NCBI RefSeq assembly: GCF_021028975.2
Contig: NC_059428.1
Coordinates: 147,498,001-147,562,000 of the forward strand
Length of the DNA: 64,000 nucleotides
Reading direction: 5' to 3'
Origin: Sphaerodactylus townsendi
Lineage: Eukaryota
Within the stretch, counting starts at the first letter, position 1. Every line of letters begins with the position of its first letter. The notes beneath the pieces are model-generated. The model did not search any database and was not told where the DNA came from. It saw only the letters and a program-made list of their open reading frames with translations. A program made the position numbers and the translations under genes. Below, one piece after another: positions 41,066 through 54,958 of this stretch.

Positions 41066-41663
41066 ATCTACCACCCTCCCCCGGAGGGCTCAGGGTGGTG
41101 AACAACAGACATAATTAGAGCACAATAAAATCAAGGACTAATATCAGTTAAACCCACCCCATTAAAACGCAGCACACTAAATCAACAAAATAGATGGCAC
41201 CTACAATCAAGTCCCCTAAAAGAAAAAGAGGGAAGGGCAACGGCAGGATCTACTGATGTTATAAAGGGGGGGGGCATCAGCGGCCAGCCTCCCCAAAGGC
41301 CTGACATTGCACCTAGAGTCTGTGGTATGCCATGCAGTCCATTCGCTGAGGTCTGTCACTCCCTCCGGTAAACCAACCTCCGTAGCCTGAAGGCTTCGTT
41401 GTAATTGTAGGAGTTCCCTCCTGGAAAATGGCAACCATAATCTCTCTCACTAGCAGCCGCAAAAGCCCCTCCCTGTAACATTTCTGAGTTTTTACTAGTC
41501 ACTGAAAGATGATTCACACCAATCTTTCCATCTATGAGGGCTAGAATCTCAAGTCATTAATGTAAAACAGACAGCTGAAAATTATTCAGGATAGCGACCC
41601 CTGTCCCCACTGCGAGGTGGTACACATTTTGTAAGGGTCGGTTAGTGGATTAGAGCCCTTCGG

Positions 41664-41857
41664 NNNNNNNNNNNNNNNNNNNNNNNNNNNNNNNNNNNNN
41701 NNNNNNNNNNNNNNNNNNNNNNNNNNNNNNNNNNNNNNNNNNNNNNNNNNNNNNNNNNNNNNNNNNNNNNNNNNNNNNNNNNNNNNNNNNNNNNNNNNNN
41801 NNNNNNNNNNNNNNNNNNNNNNNNNNNNNNNNNNNNNNNNNNNNNNNNNNNNNNNNN
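41664..41857. other. Assembly gap (further gaps at 44978-45110 and 56031-56200)
   Basis: N runs. Confidence 0.99.
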
Positions 41858-41858
41858 C

Positions 41859-42050
<192 letters not shown>

Positions 42051-45000
42051 GTTCCTCGAGCTGTCCCTTCTTCAATTTGGCCCGCTGGGCTCTCTCTGTG
42101 ACATCCTCGAACCAGACATTGGACCTCCCAGGCAGAAAACTGACATCCATATCTTCAACGGAGGAAGGAACGAAATGTGGTCCCAGAACCTAGAACTGTG
42201 CAAAATCAAAGAGATGTTTCACATAAAACTGTGCAGTCCTTCCTTATTCTTCTAGCCCACAAATTAAATACTTAAGATCTGAGTTTGATCTTGACGGAAG
42301 GTGTTGCAGGTAGCCGGCTGAAGGTTGGGTCAGCTTTCCAGCCTTCCGAGATCAGCTTGCGGGGGGGCGGGGGGGTAAATTGCAGATGACTGGGAAAGAG
42401 AGCAGCAAACCTGTAAAGACAGTCTGCCTGGTAAATGTTGTGATCTGGCTGCACCCCATGCATCGGTAACAACCTGTTGCTTGCACAAGGTACAACCTTT
42501 ATCTTATTGCAGCTGATTAAACCACTGCAAAAGGCATAGCAGCAAAAGACTGGTTAAAAAGTTGTCAGTCCTTGGCTGACTCTTCCAAATATTGCCCCGG
42601 TGCGTTTCGAAAGAACCGGGCCAGTAATCTCCTTCCTTGCCTCGTTCTCCTAAATTACAAAAGCAGCCACAGGAGGGCAATATACACAAAGATATTTCTT
42701 TTCAGCTCAGAAACCGGAGCTGTTTTCCGAGAAGCCCTCCAATTTCCAGCTGAAGAGTTTCCAGGGAAATCGGGACAGAGCAACCATTTCTCCAGAATCT
42801 GCTACAGCAGCGGCACATCGTCAGACAAGCAATCGAGCTTCCAAGAAAACATTTGCTGCCAAACATACTACCTAAAAGAGAGGGGGAAAGTAACGGCTCA
42901 CATTTAACGGGATTCTATTTAGCTGCAAGGAGATATGAAGATCCCAAGAAATCGGATGCAGCCCCTGGGGAGAAGGGGTGAAATAAAATTGGAAAGGACA
43001 CATTTCTTGGCACAAAAGAATGGGAATCCACAACATGCCCTCTGGTCCGAATACATCCTTCAACGCCCACCTGGGGCATCACCGGGGAGACGTCCGCTCA
43101 TCTGTTCTTCCAAAGAGCAGCTCTTAGTAGCAAATGGTTTTCCTTTATGTACAAAACTAACTTTGGGGGTGTCGTCGTGAAGGACCGGGAAGACGACCGG
43201 TTCAAGAATGGCAGGATGTCATTTTGCGGCACAAACTGTTAGCAGAATTTAGGGTTGCCGGCTCCGGGTTAGGAAATTCTCAGGAAGAAATCTGGGGAGG
43301 TTGGGGTCTGGGAAAGGAAGGACTTCAAGGAGGGAATAATGCCCTAGGGTCTGCCCAGGAAAGTAGCCATTTTTGGGGACCTAATTGGTCATAATGCTGG
43401 GAATGCTGGGAATCTCAGAAGCCCACCTGGAAATTAGCAGAACCTTAGCAGAACCCAAGCATCCCGGTGAAGATACACTGTAAACGTATATAGTCGTTGT
43501 AAGTGAAAAACTGCACTTTGGCAGGAGAAAGGGTTTGAAGGGATTTGCTAATTTTGCACAACAGCCAGTAAAGGTATGCCATTTGACAGAGGGAGAGCTA
43601 CTGGGAACCCCCAAGGCCAGTGACAGCCAACCTGGTCTAGTGGTTAGAGGGTCAGGCTGGGGTCTGGGAGGTCTTGATTTGAATCCTTCAATCTGCTGCA
43701 GTAGCGTGCTGGGAGACCTTGGGTTAGCCACACTCTCGGCCTAACCTGTCTCACCATTTCTCACTGGGGAGAAATTAAGTACATAAAATAAATAAATACA
43801 TAGATAAATAAATAAGGATCCCTGGGCAGTCTAGGACTAAGCTGGGCCCAAGAATGGCCTTTTTCATCTTAGCCCCTAACCACTGTTTTTCACTATCTGT
43901 TGTGGGTCTCCCGAGCTTGTTGTGGGTTTTCTGGGTTTTCCCTGTGTTTTGCTGACTGCACCACGCCCAGAGAGAGCCTCCACAACAACCAAAAAACCTA
44001 CCCTGGTCTGTTCCCCTTTCAGCTGATCAATACAATTAACAGAATCACACAGTACACCCTCTGATAGGACTGTACCACTCTGGAGTGGTACAATCCTACC
44101 AGAGTGGGAAACTGTCTGGCACACTCTCCCATATTAACAACACTCCCTGTACCTAGAAAGCTAGTTTTTCCAAGGAAAAAAGGCCGGGAACCCTTTTCTT
44201 GGACAGGGCAGAAGGTTCTCGGGCAACACAGTCCCAGTTGACTTCAAGGGACTCAGAAAGGGTCAAATTCAGTTTAGGATAGCATCAACTTGTCCAAACT
44301 TACAGCTGGTGGCAGTCAGGAAGAGATGCAATATTCAATTCTGCTTTGGCACCCTGTGGGACTTTCCCCAGAATCTTTCCCCACACATCCGCTGCAGTTT
44401 CCATCCCATTAGCCCCAGGTTTGTTTCCCTCCCGCAAGCCTTATGAAATTTGGTTTAAAAATCCAGGGCCTTGTTAAACAGCCTTATTCTCCTACCAAAG
44501 ATAATTCACATTAATGAATGTCCTGCTGTCTGTGTTGTACAGCCGTTTACTTTGCAGTAGCCCCTCTTCAAAACCGGAACTTTGTTTGTCCTTCAGATTA
44601 AAAATCTATATTTATAAACACCTATGATTGTCCGGATGCGCTATTCCAAAATATTTTTCAGCAGACGCCAGCACGGCGAGCGGTGAAGGGCCTGGTGTTT
44701 TTCTGTGCTCACTAGGGAAGACGGTCTTTCCCCCCACAAATGTAACCTCTCAAACAAAGATCATAAAGTGTTTATAATGAAAAGCCAAATGACAGCACCC
44801 TTCCAAGATTGACAAACAGCCAGTACCAGAAAGCTCAACTGCATAGCAAACAATACAGTAGGACGTTATTGACCATTGATACATTGATTAAGAATCCATA
44901 ATGTATCCACAACTCAAGCACTGGTTATTGCCAGTCCTTTCTTAGGTGCCCACACACACGGCCTCACAATAAGTCACNNNNNNNNNNNNNNNNNNNNNNN

Positions 45001-45525
45001 NNNNNNNNNNNNNNNNNNNNNNNNNNNNNNNNNNNNNNNNNNNNNNNNNNNNNNNNNNNNNNNNNNNNNNNNNNNNNNNNNNNNNNNNNNNNNNNNNNNN
45101 NNNNNNNNNNCCCCTTTCTCTCCTGCAGGAGACTCAAAGGGGCTTACAAACTCCTTTCCCTTCCCCCCTCACATCAAACACCCTGTGAGGTAGATGGGGC
45201 TGAGAGAGCTCCAAAGAACTGTGACTAGCCCAAGGTCACCCAGTTGGCGTGTGTGGGAGTGCACAGGCTAATCTGAATTCCCCAGATCAGCTTCCACAGC
45301 TCAGGCGGCAGAGCGGGGAATCAAACCCGGTTCCTCCAGATTAGCTTCTGAGACCTGACAAGAGCGAGCTAGCCTGGCCCAGCCAGGTCAGGGTAACGCA
45401 AACAAACTGACACCCACAAGCAATCCTGCAGTCTCCCGTTGGGTGGTGCTACAATTCAAGCAAAAAAAAAAGCTTTAAAAAAACAGGGTTGAAGATCATT
45501 GTGCCACTCAATATTACAACAGAAG

Positions 45526-46092
45526 TCACTGGAGATTGCAGGATAGGAGCACCTTCCTTACGAGGAGAGGCTGCAGCGTTTGGGACTCTTTAGTTTGGAG
45601 AGGAGACGTCTGAGTGGGGAAATGATTGAAGTCTATAAAATTATGCATGGGGTAGAAAATGTCGACAGAGAGAAATTTTTCTCTCTTTCTCACAATACTA
45701 GAACCAGGGGGCACCCACTGAAAATGCTGGGTGGAAGAATTAGGACTAATAAAAGGAAACACTTCTTCACGCAATGTGTGACTGGTGTTTGGAATATGCT
45801 GCCACAGGAGGTGGTGATGGCCACTAACCTGGACAGCTTTAAAAGGGGCTTGGACAGATTTATGGAGGAGAAGTCGATCTATGGCTACCAATCTTGATCC
45901 TCCTTGATCTGAGATTGCAAATGCCTTAACAGACCAGGTGATCGGGAGCAACAGCCGCAGAAGGCCATTGCGTTCACATCCTACATGTGAGCTCCCAAAG
46001 GCACCTGGTGGACCACTGCGAGTAACAGAGTGCTGGACTAAATTGACTCTGGTCTGATCCAGCAGGCTTTTTCTTATGTTCTTATGTTCTTA
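45526..46092 (+). mobile_element. CR1 LINE 3' fragment
   Basis: LGLFSLERRRLSGEMIEVYKIM...FFTQCVTGVWNMLPQEVV; (TTCTTATG)n tail. Confidence 0.88.
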
Positions 46093-49000
46093 AAACAGAA
46101 GCCACAGGGAATAATCTAATTCCTTCCAGGGTGCAAAGCAACCCCCCCCCCCCACCACCATGTGCCAGTCTAGCAGCAAAAGCAGGCAGGAAATAAGTAC
46201 CATCTGATTGGGGGTGAAGGTTGAACTGGGATCGCAGCACCCACCCGAGCTGCCCGTCGCCAGCCCCCCACCCTCGGCTCTCTGCTGGCTCCCATAAGTG
46301 GAGCACAGGAAGTGGGTAGGGCGGGGGGCGCGGGGAGCCGGTCATGCCCCCAGGCATAATTGTGGCCTGGTACACCGCTGCTGTCATCTGGCTGTGATTC
46401 AATGGCAAAAAGAAAATCACTCAATTTTTTCTTGAAAAGATGGTTAGTGCTTCTCTGGCGAGGATGCAACTCAGTGCATACGTACCTCCGAATAGGTTCC
46501 CTTGGGTTCAATTAAACTCACTCCCAAGAAACCAGGCATAGGTTTGGATCGGAAGCACCGCTTCCGGATCTACCTCGTGAAAAAGTCTCCCAAGCAAAGC
46601 AGTTCACTGCAGACAAACCCCATGAACTGACTCGAGGTTTGGAAAACACAAACACAGACAACACACAACACACACAAAAATCGCTTTCACGCCCCGCCGA
46701 GCTGGCAGCTGACCGAATCTCAAGGAGGGAGAACTTGGCCATTGACTGACGTCAATAAAAAGTGCGGAGGAAACCAGGTCTTTGGATTTCTAAGAGCTTG
46801 GCTGTCAGAGGGAACTGGCAGGATTCTCATGCTTTCTGAAAGGAAGAATTGTTTCCGGGCTTCACCCAGAGGTGGGCAGGCATTTGAGTTCAGCGAGGCC
46901 TCAGGGAAGTTTTGTTCCAGCATGGGCCACTATCAATACCGCCCACTATAAAACTACCAAGATGGGACGACAGGACCTTCCGCAAGTCAGGGCACAATTC
47001 CCACCCAGACCCTTCCGTCCAGAAGTAAAGATAGTTGCCAGCTTCCAGATAAAAGCTTGGAAATCCCCCAGATAGCCAGAAATCTGGAGAAAATGGCTGC
47101 TTTGGAGGGCGGGCTCTCCGCGTGATAGCCTAAGCCCCATTGGCTGACTGAACCCCGCCCTCACAAGGCTCCGCCCCTGAATCTCCACAATTTCCCCAAA
47201 CTGGAGTAAACAAAGTGGGATGTTAAAATAGAGGAAGCCAAGCCAAGAGGCCTTTGTGGGGCTGGTGAGGTTGTACAGCTGGGATCTGGACAGCCAAACA
47301 ATGGGAGGGTATGCACTGCGTCACGTATGCCCAATCCTATTTTTCCCGAATTCATTTTCCTCATGAGGCATAACCTAACCTGGGGGTTAGCTAGCCCCTT
47401 GTTTACTGTATACTTATATTTAAGTAAAGAATTGTTGTGCTTGGGACAGATCATCGTAAGGGGGTATACAAATTATAGTTGTAGTGAAAATATCACTGTG
47501 AAGGTAGACATACCTTTGTGTTTATTAAGCATTATTTAAGGAAACCGGGTTTCACAGTCTTTGGGCCTTAAAGGTACAGAATATTCTTTTTGATAACTCT
47601 CAGGTGAACCTACTCTTTTTTTCTCATGGAAGATGGCAACACCATTTGGGCCTTGACTCAAACCCCCCCCCCACACCCCTCCTTTTGGGCCTGCTTTTAT
47701 TGCCAGGGGAGAAAAGGTCAGAATCAGTCCTGTTAAAAGCAGTGTCCTGGTTCACACAAACGTTTCGATGATCCAGCAATAAGAACATGTTTGCAAGAGA
47801 CTCCGGCCAAGAAAACGCCTTTCACGTCATCGGTCGAGTTCAGGAGGAGCAGAGACCTCTCCGATTAATCATTGGAGTATCCAACAAGCTAACAGAGAGT
47901 AGGGCGGTGTGTTCTAGGAAACTATTTCGCTTTGCCAACTTCTGAATCTCGAGGAGTCGTCGAGTTTAAACTTACTGAGCCGTAGCCAACATGCAAAGAA
48001 TAGGCCCTTTGGATCATGACCGCCTCATGCTTCGCTACGTTCTTGTTTTCCCTCTCTCCTACAAATCTTATCCGCGCTCTCGTCAGAAGGTTTTCATCGT
48101 GACGTTTGCCTCCAGCCGAGTCACTCGCAGCAGCGGTTCAGATGAACCAGATAACCTTTGCAAGAGGTGAGCTGCACCATGTACCCATTTGCAAGAGTTC
48201 TTCTGAACACCCATCAAAATCAGAGAGGTCAAAGTCGGGTGAAACCAGAAGTCCTGTGACACACTGAGGCTTTGTTTAGGGAAATGTGCACATACCGCCT
48301 CCCCACTGCTCTGGGCAACTCACAACAAGGGGGAAAGAAACCCTGCACCAAAACAAACCAAGAAAAACAAGCCGTACTTATCAAACAAATCGATGCAACA
48401 AACCAGTGGAACTTCTCCGTTGACTTTTCTTAGTAAAGCTCCCGAATTCTTGTGGCACAGCTGTTTGTGCTGGGGGAAAGGTGACACGGAGCCTGCGTCG
48501 TCGTAAATATGTCACCAGAGACAACCTGCTGGGAGGAGAAGGAATGTGTTATTCCAGTGGCATTAAATCCACCTTTGGGCCAAGGAAGATCTGGGTTCGT
48601 TTATAATAATAATTTAAAAAATATGATTGTACAGCTGTATGCACACAGCAAGGTTTTATCCTGGGCATGAATACCATAGAGAACAGGTGTCAAATTCGTG
48701 GCCCTCCAAATGTTATGGACTACAGTTCCCATAATCCCCTGCCAGCATCATGCCATAGAGTGTCTGGTATAAAAGGAGAGTCCATGTGGGTAAAGGAGAA
48801 AACTTGGGAAGGAGTTTTTTTCCTTGGAGGGAGGGAAAAGCAGGTACTGTTCTCTCAATTGAATAAAAGGAAAAGGCTGGGCTTCAAAGCAACTCTGGGA
48901 TTGCCAAACTCCTGGCGATTTGGGGCCTGGAGAGGGTCCCACAGACGGGGAACCAAACTGCGGTCACGTCCAAAAACCCAACCGCCGCCACGTCATGTAT

Positions 49001-51895
49001 GAAACTCGGAACGGCGCTGCAACGTTACTTCTGAAATATCAGCGTTCAGGCGTCGAACACACGAATCAACACTCGACAGATTCGACGGATGCTTGTCAAA
49101 CAAACATCCGAGCTTTTGAAAGTTCGAGAAAATTCGATACGCGCTGGGATCACATTATGGGGGAGGCAAACATATTTGGCATCAACCAACAGGGTTGGTG
49201 AGGATCTTTTGGAAGAACAATTTATAGGATACAGAGCTTTGGAGAAAATGGCTATTTGGGAGGGTGGCATTATATCCCCGAGGTCTCTCCCTATGCCAGA
49301 CACCGCCCTTTACCCCAAAATTTTTGGGAATTTCCCAACCCAGAGTTGGACACCCTATCTAAAAGTCAACAGCTCATACGGCTGTTTTTCTCTCCTCTAA
49401 AACACTGAGTCGGACCTGTTCCAGAGGAGTCCGTAACCTAGTACGTTCTTCTTCGCTTCTCTGTGCTTCAAGAGCAATTTCCCCAGCCAGTTGTGCACGC
49501 TCAAGAGCCCTCGGGTAGAAATAAAGATAAGAACTCCCCAGCTGGAGAGCGATAAGGCTCCCCAGATGCTCTCTGCCCAGAAACAAATTCCCAGAGCAGG
49601 TATTTTTACAACCCCAGAGGGAATCAGTGTTTAAATTGGCGGAAAGGTGAAGGCAATCAGTCCTCCTAGGGGTCGATATGCCAGATGGGTAAGGAAGTCA
49701 CTGGGTCTTAAGAGATTATCTTCCCAAGAGTAACTCCACACTGTCGGAGCAGTTGAGCCTCCAGACAGAAGAGGAAAGCGTAAACTCTCAGGCCCCTTCC
49801 GCACGTGCAGAATAATGCACTTCCAATCCACCGTCACAACTGTTTGCAAGCGGGTTTTTCTCTTCCGCACAGTCAAATCCAGCTGCAAAGCGCGTTGAAC
49901 GTGCATTATTCTGCATGTGCGGAAGGGGTCTAATGAAGGACTGGAACATAAATACGAGGACTGCTAGTTCTGGGTTGGAAATACCAGGAGATTTTGGGGG
50001 GTGGAGTCTGGGGAGGGTGGGGCTTGTTGAAGGAAGGGACCTCAGCATATTATAATGCCATAGACTCCGCCTTCCAAAGCAGCAATTTTCCCCAGGGGGA
50101 CTCATGTGACCAAGCGAGCCTGGGCCGGGCGGATCAGGGCAAGAGATAAACAGAGGTGGTTTGTCACTGCCTTCCTCTGCAGAGCAACCCTGGACTTCCT
50201 GGGTGGACTCCTGTCAAAACACTAACCGAAGCCAACCTTGCTTAGCTTCTCAGATCGGCCAAGGCTGGCCCATCCAAGTCAAAGTTGCTCCATTGCGAAT
50301 GTGCCCAAGAGGAGCAGAGATTATCCTCCGTGGCTATAAACAGCCAGACTAACAACTGAACAATTCCTACAGTCCCCTTTGGAAGGGCTCCTATGTCGGA
50401 AACAAGAAACGCACTGACTGCTCGCACACAGAACCAGCGTGGCTCCCATGGGAGACCAGCCTGCAGAGAGGCGTGCGTGATAACGCTGCTCTCTTCGCTC
50501 CCTCCTGTGCAGCTGCCACAATTTCCACCAGCCATATAGCTGTTGTGAAACTGTGATAAGCCACAATCTTGTCCTGAACACTCGATTGCGGGCCATCAAT
50601 CAGAGCTCTCTGGGAACGGTATGCCCATTCAAACAATAGTTTTAATGCAGCTGTTGTTCCCGTTGAGAGAGGCCCCGGGAGAGGAAAAACAATCCATTGG
50701 ATCTAGAAACCCGGGAATAAAATCAGCAAGGCTGGTCTCAGCAATGAGTCATCATGGCATATGGACAAAAGAGACATTACAGTCGGGCGTCGAAGCCGGG
50801 AAAGACCGGCCTAGTTTTGCCTGTTTGCAGAGCCCGGGCGTCCAGCGCTTGCAGGAAAGTTTGGAACAATAATCTGACAGCCCTCTTCTTCCTCACCAGC
50901 CGAGACACAGCAAGATTTCTTTTTTAAAGGTCCTTTCCCGTAGCTTGCAGACAGACTCTTGCGAGCTCTTTTTTCCTACATACTGGAAAGCTTATTGAGT
51001 CGTACGGCACGAGGGTTTTCAAACAGAGTCTCCAAAGAAACGCTGGTGCCCTCTCTATCCACCTGTGCATTTTTAAAGCATTATTCCTGCAAGTATGCCT
51101 TAGCGGCTGCCACGGTGCAACCAATGTAGGGTGACCCCCTCAAGGGATTTTCAAAACAATTGATGTTTAGAGGTCGTGGGCTACTGCCTGCGTTGGCATG
51201 GCAACCCTGGACATCTTTGGTGGTCTCCCACCCAAAGTGCTAACACGGCTGACCCTGCTTAGCTTCTGAGAGGTGATGAGATCAGGCTAACCTGGGTTAT
51301 CCCGGTCCAGGTACATGTAGGCCTCCATTTTATCTTCACAACCACCCTGTGCGGTAGGTCAGATTGATGCGATGGTTAGCGAAAGCGATATAGCCCAATC
51401 AGCCCAAGATCACCTTCTGTGCTTCAAGGCCAAGTGGGAGTTTGAACTTGGGTCATCCTGAGATGGTGCGCTAACCACTGAACCATACTGCAGATTCATT
51501 AGTGGTAGGGTTGGATCCAGGTCTCTGGGGCACAGAAAGACATTGTTCTGGGAACTTCCTCCCAGGTACAGCTGGGGCCGACAAGGGAGTGTGCAACTAA
51601 GGTCACTTAGGTTAACACTTCACGGTGGAGCCAGAAAAATCTGGAGCAAATCGCAGATTCCGAGGGTGGACTCTATGGTATACCACAGAGTCTGGGAGAA
51701 AACCAAAGTCCTACAGTGACATTGTGTCCTTGCAGAGCACTTCTCCCCTAATGCACTAACCCCAAATCCCCAAGAATTTCCCAGACTAGAGTAGGCAAAG
51801 CAAGTGGTTTGCAATCAGAATGAAGATTTTTTCAAGAAGAAGAAGAGTTTTGGATTTATATCCCACCTTTCTCTTGTGTAAAGAGACTCAAGGTG

Positions 51896-52080
51896 TTGTC
51901 GAAGGCTTTCACGGCCGGAATCACTTGGGTGCTGTGTGGTTTCCGGGCTGTATGGCCGTGTTCTAGCAGCATTCTCTCCTGAGGATCCTCTGAAGATGCT
52001 AGCCACAGATGCAGGCGAAACGTCAGGAGAGAATGCTGCTAGAACACAGCCATACAGCCCGGAAACCACACAGCACCCAA
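51896..52080. mobile_element. Penelope-like element remnant (inverted termini) inserted in a SINE, with a hammerhead core
   Basis: TSD GACTCAAGGTG at 51885-51895 and 52081-52091; inverted arms ~51927-51982 / 52023-52080; CTGAAGA...GCGAAACGTC. Confidence 0.75.
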
Positions 52081-52977
52081 GACTCAAGGTGGCTTACAAG
52101 CTCCTTTCCCTTCCTCTCCCTACAACAGACACCTTGTGACACCCAATGGTACAGGAGGATATGGCCTCCACAGGTGGTGGGGCAGGGAAAATGAGAGGAA
52201 ATCTGACCTGCTGCCCCTGCAAACTACAAGAAAATACAGGAGTGTAAAAAGGAGCATTTCCCCCAAACTGGTGGGGCATTCCTCTTTTCAGTGCTGAAGA
52301 TACAGGCCTGCAGGGGGTGGCTGGTGGTCTCCAGGGGCTACAAGCAATCTCCAGGTGACCGAGATCAACACACCTGGAGAAAATGGCCGCTTCAGAAAGT
52401 GGACTCTATGGTGTTATTGATGCCCCTCCCCTCCCCAAACCCCACCCTCCACAGGCTCCACAATACAGGTATTTCCAAACGAGGGGCGAATGCAGAAAAC
52501 CTGCAGCCCAAATCTTGAGTGTAAACATGTACTCCAATGGGAATCCATCCAAAAGGATCAAAGGTAGTTTTGAGTCCAACAAACAGACTGTAAAACCACA
52601 GAACCATAAAAGGCCAGAGTCTGCAATAACTACCATTAGCCCAGAAAGATAAGATCAAAAGTCTAACAAGTGCCCTCCAGAGAGAATGATAGATCACCCC
52701 AATTACTATGTCCAATTCTTCTCATGGAGTCCAGTTCATTTGACCTGATTTTACCTTTGGTGGCGTGGAAGAAGGGTAGGGGGTGGCTCTCGTTTTTGGC
52801 TTTCTACACATGTGTCGTTCACAAGGAATCTTCCTGCCAAATGCTTCATTTTTTTTTAGATTTCACATGTTATTTTTCTTTTGTTTGGTTCCAAAAACCT
52901 TTTTCTTCATTTTTTCCTTTATCATTTTCCTGAGCACTTTCGTGGCATTTTTGAATCTGTTTCCAATCCAGTTTCCC

Positions 52978-53278
52978 TTGAGCTTTGTTCATTTCACATA
53001 GTACTTGCAATCCTAACGTTCAGGCAGAGATACACAGAAGCAGGGTCAACTGGATCAGCTTTGTCAATTTCACACAGAACTTGCAGTATTAAGGTTCAGG
53101 CAGAGATACAAGGAAACAGGGTCAACTGGATGAGCTTTGTCAATTGCACATAGAACTTGTGATGCTAACATTCAGGCAAAGATATAAAGAAGAAAAGTCA
53201 CCTGGATCAGCTTTGTCAATTTCACATAGAACATGCAGTGTTAACATTCAGACAGATAAGAGAACAGGGTCAACTGCA
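52978..53278. repeat. Minisatellite, 76-bp unit, ~4 copies
   Basis: AGCTTTGT at 52981, 53057, 53133, 53209. Confidence 0.85.
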
Positions 53279-54558
53279 TTCTCTACTCCTTGAATATGCA
53301 ATGCTTCAAAGATTGCCCCCCTCCCAAATAAAAGAACAGGCAGAGAAATGCTGCAAATAAACAGGTGATGGGAAACTAAGCGAGCTCAGAAAATGGCGCC
53401 GATGAGGAATTTCAGGGAAGCAGAGAAACTAAGAAACGTAGTCAATAGATCACACAAGCAACTACAGATGTTTTCAAAACATTCCAGCCAGATAATAGTT
53501 TTTAAAAGGGAGTGATTTCAAAGGTTTTTGAGGTTAAAAGTAAAACATTTGGGGGTGAAAACAATGCAGAACTCTGAGGAGGAAACGTTTTATTGCCTGT
53601 CTCAAAACGTTTCAAATGAATTGCGCAGAAGGGCCAACAATGCTAGGGAACAAGGCAGCTGGATAAGAGTGAGGTACATTGACTCTCTAAAGAAAGTCAG
53701 CGCCTCAGTCTGCAACACCTGAGCAAAGCTATTTAGGATGGGGCATTTTGGACAGGTGCCATTTTGGAGGGACACCGTCAGTCAGAAGTTACTTGATGGC
53801 ATTTAACACACAGCATGCATAACACCATAGAGTTCACCCTTCAAAGTAGCCATTTTCTCCAGGGAAACTGAGCCTAGCACTGGTAACCCTCGTTGTATTA
53901 TACAGCACAAAATGGCTTCCCCACCCCCACCCCTTGAGCCACTGGGGAGGAGATGAGTTGGGATTAAAAACACACACAAACACACACCTCTCAGCTCTCT
54001 TTCCCAAGCCGTGCTCCAGATTTCTTGACTATATAACCACAAAATTGTTTTATTTATCAAGCGGCTCCTCCTCCCCCCCTGCTGATTCAGTCTATTGATG
54101 TGCGTAGTACAATGAAACCGTATCAAAATTTGGACCAAAGCAGAATATTTGGGGGGGGGAGGGAAGGGGAAAAAGAGGACACGGGAGAAACAGCGGCCGC
54201 CTCCTTCAAAAACATTTTCAGAATAAAAAGAGCTTTTGATTGCTTTCGAGAGGTGGGGAGGGCCAAACAAATAGAGAGAGCAAAAGTCAACCCTCGGCTG
54301 GCATATGTTTCTCTGGCTCCAGCAGGTTACGGGTCTGGCAGGGAAACCGTTGCAGAAACCTCAGTTGGCCACTTGGAGGAAATCGACCCTGTGAAACACT
54401 CAGGGCCAACCACAGCAAAGAAGGGCCTTGCCTGATTGTCTTGCTTCAGATTAGGGTTGGAAAATTTGCATGTTGTATACATCAAAATCATAGTGCATTG
54501 GTATGAATTGTGTTGGGTTGTCTGCGACTGCAGGGCGGTCATGTTGATGGTTCTAAAC

Positions 54559-54744
54559 CAGCGGTTCTCAACCTGGGGGTCGCGACCCCTTTGGGGGCCG
54601 AACGGCCCTTTCTCAGGGGTCGCCTAAGACTCTCTGCATCAGTGTTCTCCAGCTGTAAAATGGATAAATGTTAGGGTTGGGGGTCACCACAACATGAGGA
54701 ACTGTATTAAAGGGTCGTGGCTTTAGGAAGGTTGAGAACCACTG
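54559..54744 (+). mobile_element. SPIN/URR1-like hAT MITE, copy 1
   Basis: CAGCGGTTCTCAACCT..GGGTCGCGACCCCTTTGGGG...GGGGTCACCACAACATGAGGAACTGTATTAAAGGGTCG...AGGTTGAGAACCACTG. Confidence 0.8.
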
Positions 54745-54772
54745 ACCTAGATAAATCCAGGAGCCACAAAAC

Positions 54773-54958
54773 CAGTGGTTCTCAACCTATGGGTCGTGAC
54801 CCCTTTGGGGGTCGAACGACCCTTTCACAGGGGTCACCTAAAACTCTCTGCATCAGTGTTCTCCATCTTTAAAATAGATCAATGTTAGGGTTGGGGGTCA
54901 CCACAACATGAGGAGCTGTATGAAAGGGTTGCGGCATTAGGAAGGTTGAGAATCACTG
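54773..54958 (+). mobile_element. SPIN/URR1-like hAT MITE, copy 2
   Basis: Same 186-bp element, 28 bp downstream of copy 1. Confidence 0.8.
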
